DNA from: Nostoc sp. DedSLP01
Lineage (GTDB): Bacteria > Cyanobacteriota > Cyanobacteriia > Cyanobacteriales > Nostocaceae
Assembly: GCA_034530875.2 (NCBI GenBank)
Contig: JAVRCJ020000028.1
Coordinates: 1-36,736, forward strand
Direction of reading: 5' to 3'
Length of the DNA: 36,736 bases
Shown one piece after another: positions 30,275 through 36,736 of this stretch (positions within the stretch are counted from its first letter, which is position 1; each line of letters starts with the position of its first letter). The position numbers were made by a program, and so were the translations under genes. Below the pieces are notes generated by a model, which had not been told where the DNA came from, did no database searches, and saw only the letters and a list, made by a program, of their open reading frames with translations.

Positions 30275-31753
30275 TTACGGCTGGTTTTCATTAACAAGCG
30301 AGTTCTGTTCGATTGGAATTTTAATAATGAACTCAGTTCCTTGACCAAACAGCGACATACATTCTAGTTGACCGTTATGCTTTTCTACAATAATTTGATA
30401 GCTAATAGATAACCCTAATCCAGTTCCTTTGCCAACAGGTTTAGTGGTGAAAAATGGATCGAATAATCGCTCTTGTAAATGTTCTGGAATTCCTAAACCA
30501 TTATCGACAATCCTAATAATTACATGTTTATCCTTACTGAGTTCGGTATAAATCCGAATCTGAGGAGTTATTGGACATTGCGGGTGTAAAAGGGATGGAG
30601 TCAAATTCTCTCCCCGATCTCCTTCACTTTCTATGCGTTCTTCTAAGGCATCAATAGCATTCGCTAAAATATTCATAAATACCTGATTGAGTAGTCCAGG
30701 GTAGCACTCGACTAAAGGAAGATTTCCATATTCTTGAATCAGGGTTATACTTTTGCCGATTTTAGGATTGTTAAGGCGACTTTGTAAAATTAATAAAGTA
30801 CTATCAATACCTTCGTGAATATCAACTAATTTTTTTTCAGATTCATCAAGGCGAGAAAAATTTCGCAAAGAAAGAATAATTTCTTCAATTCGCTTTGTGC
30901 CAATCTTCATAGAACTAAGAAGACGTGGAAGATCGGTAGTTAAAAAATCAAGTTCGATTTGAGCGATCGCATTTCTAATTTCCGTTGCTGGTTCGGGATA
31001 ACATTCTTGGTACAATCTAATTAAACTGAGCAAATCTTGACTATACTCGATGGCATGGACAAGATTGCCAGCAATAAAGTTGACTGGATTGTTAATTTCG
31101 TGTGCAATTCCAGCTACAAGCTGTCCTAAGGCAGCCATTTTTTCGTTCTGAATTAATCTGCTATAGTTTTGTTTCAGATCCCGAAACCCTGCTTTGGCAA
31201 TTCTTGATTGTTCTTCTACGTGCTGTAATTGAACCAGAGTTAAGACATGAATTTGAGAATAGCCTAAAAGTAATTGATGGAAATCAAGCAATTTATATTT
31301 TCCAGATTTACTTTTAACTAAAATTGGCTCGTAAGCAATTTCGTGTGACCGCTGCAAAGTAAGTTGAGTGGCTTTGACAATGGAAATATCCTCAGATAAC
31401 TCTAATATTTCTTGTTGGAAAAATTTATAAAGAATTTTAATAGGTCTGAGAGAAAATAGTGACAAACTATAGGGATGGCTCATCTGCTCAAAGAATTTTC
31501 GCCGTGAAATCATCCCTACATATTGTCGATCTTTCTGAAGAATAATTCCCGGAAGTAAAGGCTCTTGTTTGAAAAGCTTAACTAAATCATTGCCTGGGCA
31601 GTCTATTTCAACATAAACCTGCCAACAGGGTAATTCTTGCAAAGTTGACTCTAATCGCAAGTTAAGCTGATTAGTCTGTGTTATACCGCCTGTAGCCATC
31701 ATACTCTCAATACTGAACCTTTGAGGCAATATTTCTGGTAACATCCTAGACAA
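30275..31753 (-). CDS. Soluble sensor histidine kinase with CBS-like N-terminal domain
   Basis: H-box AGIAHEINNP, N-box NQVFMNILANAIDA, DNGLG, FDPFFTTK, GKGTGLGL; N-terminal VGMISRRKF CBS-like motif. Confidence 0.92.
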   Translation of the reverse strand: MSRMLPEILPQRFSIESMMATGGITQTNQLNLRLESTLQELPCWQVYVEIDCPGNDLVKLFKQEPLLPGIILQKDRQYVGMISRRKFFEQMSHPYSLSLFSLRPIKILYKFFQQEILELSEDISIVKATQLTLQRSHEIAYEPILVKSKSGKYKLLDFHQLLLGYSQIHVLTLVQLQHVEEQSRIAKAGFRDLKQNYSRLIQNEKMAALGQLVAGIAHEINNPVNFIAGNLVHAIEYSQDLLSLIRLYQECYPEPATEIRNAIAQIELDFLTTDLPRLLSSMKIGTKRIEEIILSLRNFSRLDESEKKLVDIHEGIDSTLLILQSRLNNPKIGKSITLIQEYGNLPLVECYPGLLNQVFMNILANAIDALEERIESEGDRGENLTPSLLHPQCPITPQIRIYTELSKDKHVIIRIVDNGLGIPEHLQERLFDPFFTTKPVGKGTGLGLSISYQIIVEKHNGQLECMSLFGQGTEFIIKIPIEQNSLVNENQP

Positions 31754-32161
31754 CCATTTTGCTAAGTTTAAACTTAATCAATTGTTACAAACTTATTTTT
31801 CCCAATTATATTGGCATAATCCGCAGGATTATACAAAATAATCAAGATACTATGTGGAAATTACTGTATATTAATGTAATATTTTTTACAAAAAATACTA
31901 ATTATGTTTGTAGCATGGTTAAAAAAGGTTTGCGATCGCTTTTTACGTATAACTTCGAGTAAACAAGACAAGGAAATAAAAATGAAGTACGAGCGATTTA
32001 CACTTCATCGTTCTATTTTTCTAACTTAATTAATCAACACCTATAGATGTTTTCAAATGAGGTTAACTTGTAGGTCAAGATAAAGTCGAGGTTAATTTAA
32101 CATTAACTAAATTTTAAGAACAGATTATATTAAAGATAATTACGAAAAATAAAAATTTTTT

Positions 32162-32191
32162 ATTAACTTTTTTATAACTCAATCTTTACTT
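32162..32191 (+). promoter_or_regulatory. Putative Pho box (SphR/PhoB site)
   Basis: ATTAACTT-ttt-TATAACTC-aat-CTTTACTT: three 8-mers with 11-bp period resembling YTTAAYYW, ending 67 bp before phoD. Confidence 0.5.
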
Positions 32192-32258
32192 ATTTCCATA
32201 GAAGGATATGGTAAACACTTATTCTGTAATGTTGTCTTAGGCTTGTTATTTATTTAAT

Positions 32259-33839
32259 ATGGTAAATCGTCGCCAATTTTTACTGCACTCAGCTGTCACA
32301 ACAGGCGGAATTATCGCTACAAATTTGGTATCAAAATCGCAAGTTTTTGCCAAAGCACCTGCAATTATTACTTCTAAAAAAATGCGTCCTGGCATACCTT
32401 ATGGCGTAGCTACCGGAGATATATCCAACGATAGCATTGTGATTTGGAGTAAGAGCGATCGCCCCGCCAAAATGATCGTAGAATATTCTACAAATGAATC
32501 TTTTAAAAATGTACGGCGAGTTGTGGGGCCAAATGCTTTAAAAGATAATGACTTTACAGCACGACTTTGTTTGAGGAATTTACCATCAGATCGACAAATA
32601 TTTTATCGGGTAATTTTCCAAGACTTAGATTATAGAAATACTTACAGTTTACCCGCCAATGGTACTTTCCGGACTCCTCCAAAGTATGGGCGAGATATAT
32701 TCTTTGTTTGGGGTGGCGACACCGCCGGTCAAGGATGGGGAATTAATCCTGATTTTGGGGGAATGAAAATTTATGAAACTATGCGCCAAATGAATCCCGA
32801 CTTTTTCATTCATTCGGGTGACAATATTTATGCAGATGGGCCAATTCAAGCAACCGTTACCTTAGATGACGGTACAATTTGGAAAAATATTACTACACCA
32901 GAAAAATCTAAAGTTGCAGAAACTCTGACAGAATTTCGTGGCAATTATATCTACAATTTGCTTGATGAAAACATTAGACGTTTCAACGCTCAAGTGCCCA
33001 TCTTAGCACAGTGGGACGACCACGAAACAAGGAACAACTGGTATCCTGGGCAAATTATTCTCAATGATGACCGTTATACAGTTAAGGATGTTAACTTGCT
33101 AGCCCAAAGAGGAAGGCAAGCATTTTTAGAATACATGCCTATTGGGTATGAAACAAATAATACAGATCGAACTGAAATTTATCGCTCCTTCAACTATGGG
33201 TCATTATTAGACATTTTCATGCTGGATGAACGCACATACCGAGGGCCAAATACTCCCAATAATCAGTTAGTACCCAGTGAAGAAACAAAATTTTTGGGCA
33301 GCAAACAAATACAATGGTTAAAAAGGCAATTACTAAAATCAAAAGCAACGTGGAAAGTAATTGCTAGTGATATGCCTCTAGGATTAATAGTTAGAGACGG
33401 TAGCACAGATTTTGAAGCTTGGGCTAACGGAGATGGGCCAGCTTTAGGAAGAGAACTAGAACTGGCAGATTTACTACGATTTATCAAACACAAAAATATT
33501 CAGAATGTTGTTTGGTTAACTGCTGATGTACATTATGCAGCAGCCCACTATTACAACCCTGCAAAAGCACAATTTACTGACTTTAAACCTTTTTGGGAAT
33601 TCGTTGCTGGGCCTTTGAATTCTGGTACATTTGGCCCTAATCAATTAGAAAATACTTTTGGCCCAGAATTGAAATTCCAAAGCATTCCTCCAGGTACAAA
33701 AGCAAATCGACCACCAAGTGAAGGTTTGCAATTTTTTGGAGGAGTTAAGATTAATGCAAATACAAAAGTGATGACAGTAACACTGCATAACTTAGCAGGG
33801 AAAACTATTTACAAAGTAGATTTGCCCCCAGAAAGATAA
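32259..33839 (+). CDS. phoD: PhoD-family alkaline phosphatase, Tat-exported
   Basis: NRRQFL twin-arginine signal; GVATGD, HSGDNIYAD, WDDHE, LDERTYR, TADVH. Confidence 0.95.
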   Translation: MVNRRQFLLHSAVTTGGIIATNLVSKSQVFAKAPAIITSKKMRPGIPYGVATGDISNDSIVIWSKSDRPAKMIVEYSTNESFKNVRRVVGPNALKDNDFTARLCLRNLPSDRQIFYRVIFQDLDYRNTYSLPANGTFRTPPKYGRDIFFVWGGDTAGQGWGINPDFGGMKIYETMRQMNPDFFIHSGDNIYADGPIQATVTLDDGTIWKNITTPEKSKVAETLTEFRGNYIYNLLDENIRRFNAQVPILAQWDDHETRNNWYPGQIILNDDRYTVKDVNLLAQRGRQAFLEYMPIGYETNNTDRTEIYRSFNYGSLLDIFMLDERTYRGPNTPNNQLVPSEETKFLGSKQIQWLKRQLLKSKATWKVIASDMPLGLIVRDGSTDFEAWANGDGPALGRELELADLLRFIKHKNIQNVVWLTADVHYAAAHYYNPAKAQFTDFKPFWEFVAGPLNSGTFGPNQLENTFGPELKFQSIPPGTKANRPPSEGLQFFGGVKINANTKVMTVTLHNLAGKTIYKVDLPPER

Positions 33840-33875
33840 GTTGCTGTAGCAATCCTAATTTATTCGCGATCGCCA

Positions 33876-33908
33876 AGATCCCCGATTTCTCAAAGAAATC
33901 GGGGATCT
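33876..33908. repeat. Perfect 15-bp-stem hairpin, dispersed repeat or possible terminator
   Basis: AGATCCCCGATTTCT-CAA-AGAAATCGGGGATCT, 36 bp after the phoD stop and next to a HIP1 site; no clear U-tract. Confidence 0.7.
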
Positions 33909-34175
33909 AAACACCGAGGGGACTTACACAGTAAATCTCAGTAGATTACAAAGTTCTCTGTTTAGGCTGGGTGTGGCTTTTCCGCAGATCGTACCATTGG
34001 CGAATACGCCCACGATATTTGGCATCTTCAGCCCGTAAAAGTTAATTTAACTGATAGTTAAGAACAAAAAGCAGGTGTGAAAGTCAAATAACCACAACGA
34101 TCTGGCATACTTACGTAAGTTGATAAATGTTAGATAGTTGGGCGCAGATCGTAATTTCCTGCATCAAATATTTGA

Positions 34176-35858
<1,683 letters not shown>

Positions 35859-36089
35859 TGAGTTAAAAATTACGATTGAGCAACACGCGATCGCTGTCTT
35901 TAAATATGCGTCCAACTTAATCAACGATCGACAGGCGATTACTGTCATTAGAACTATTTTTTACAAAGAAGTTGAGAGGCAGCAGATTGGGGGCGATCGC
36001 TTGACTTTCAAGACAGCCGCTACAGCCTACTATCAGAAAATCTTTTTTGAATTTTGCATTCTGAATTCAAAAAATGGTCATAGTCAGAG

Positions 36090-36736
36090 TTATTTGTTCT
36101 CTGTGTGTACTGACTGCCAAGCAAGGCGATGTTTCCAGTGTGATGTAAAATTAAGTTGAATTGCTTGATTGAAATCCTCCAAAGCTGCTAAATAAAGTTT
36201 CTCTTTTAGCTTTACTCCACTTTGGTTGTTCAAGTTTTTAGAACATTGTGGATTCCATACATATTTTTGACAAGTTTGGTAAGCAATTTCTACATCACTG
36301 CCATTTTCAGGATTTTGAAAGACTGGATGATAATTTAGCCTGTTGCAGCAAACTGGCAACCACTCTTGCCACCCACAATGCCACAAGCGCACTGTTCCAT
36401 CAAGGCTACCACTGGCAATCAGTTTACCATCAGGGCTAAAAGCTGCGGAATTTACCCAGTAGTCATGCCCGCGCCAAGGTTGACCGATGGCGTTGCCTTC
36501 AATATCCCACAACCGCACTGTAGAATCATTGCTGGCACTAACAACCCAATTGCCATCAGGACTAAAGGCGACAGAATTCACTTCTTTTTCATGCCCGCGC
36601 CAAGGTTGAGTGATGGCGTTGCCTTCAATATCCCACAACCGCACTGTAGAATCATTGCTGGCACTAACAACCCAATTTCCATCAGGACTAAAGGCGACAG
36701 AATTCACTTCTTTTTCATGCCCGCGCCAAGGTTGAC
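36090..36736 (-). CDS. C-terminal part of a WD40-repeat protein (runs off the window edge)
   Basis: 42-aa repeats GHEKEVNSVAFSPDGNWVVSASNDSTVRLWD; near-identical 126-bp DNA units; frame open to the window end. Confidence 0.9.
   Translation of the reverse strand, partial: QPWRGHEKEVNSVAFSPDGNWVVSASNDSTVRLWDIEGNAITQPWRGHEKEVNSVAFSPDGNWVVSASNDSTVRLWDIEGNAIGQPWRGHDYWVNSAAFSPDGKLIASGSLDGTVRLWHCGWQEWLPVCCNRLNYHPVFQNPENGSDVEIAYQTCQKYVWNPQCSKNLNNQSGVKLKEKLYLAALEDFNQAIQLNFTSHWKHRLAWQSVHTENK

Overview
Chromosomal window from a filamentous cyanobacterium, probably Nostocales, judged from abundant HIP1 octamers (GCGATCGC), heptamer tandem repeats, cyanobacterial MITEs and the folD-crtE-DUF212 block. The centrepiece (7838-14476) is a geosmin locus: bifunctional germacradienol/geosmin synthase geoA, two tandem 'cnb' genes that look like Family 2B encapsulin shell proteins with an inserted cNMP-binding-type domain, and an extra CrtE-like prenyltransferase. 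GeoA carries two perfect GPTGLGTS motifs and one degenerate copy in its linker and tail, matching the Family 2B cargo-loading peptide type. The extra prenyltransferase has Phe at the chain-length-determining position five residues before the first Asp-rich motif, where the housekeeping crtE 12 kb away has Met, so it is probably an FPP synthase derived from crtE. Together these suggest a two-component protein nanocompartment for geosmin synthesis with its own precursor supply (inference). Upstream of geoA lie a 9-bp direct-repeat array and a 16-codon ORF resembling the GeoA N-terminus. The rest is housekeeping and signalling: acyl-CoA synthetase, PAS-GGDEF-EAL protein, CBM20-SGNH-DUF1796 fusion, ricin-type lectin, two atypical Ser/Thr kinases, a rhomboid lacking catalytic residues, a receiver protein, Nudix hydrolase, AI-2E transporter, histidine kinase, phoD, pgm and a WD40 gene cut by the window edge, with several nested MITE/REP-like elements between genes.
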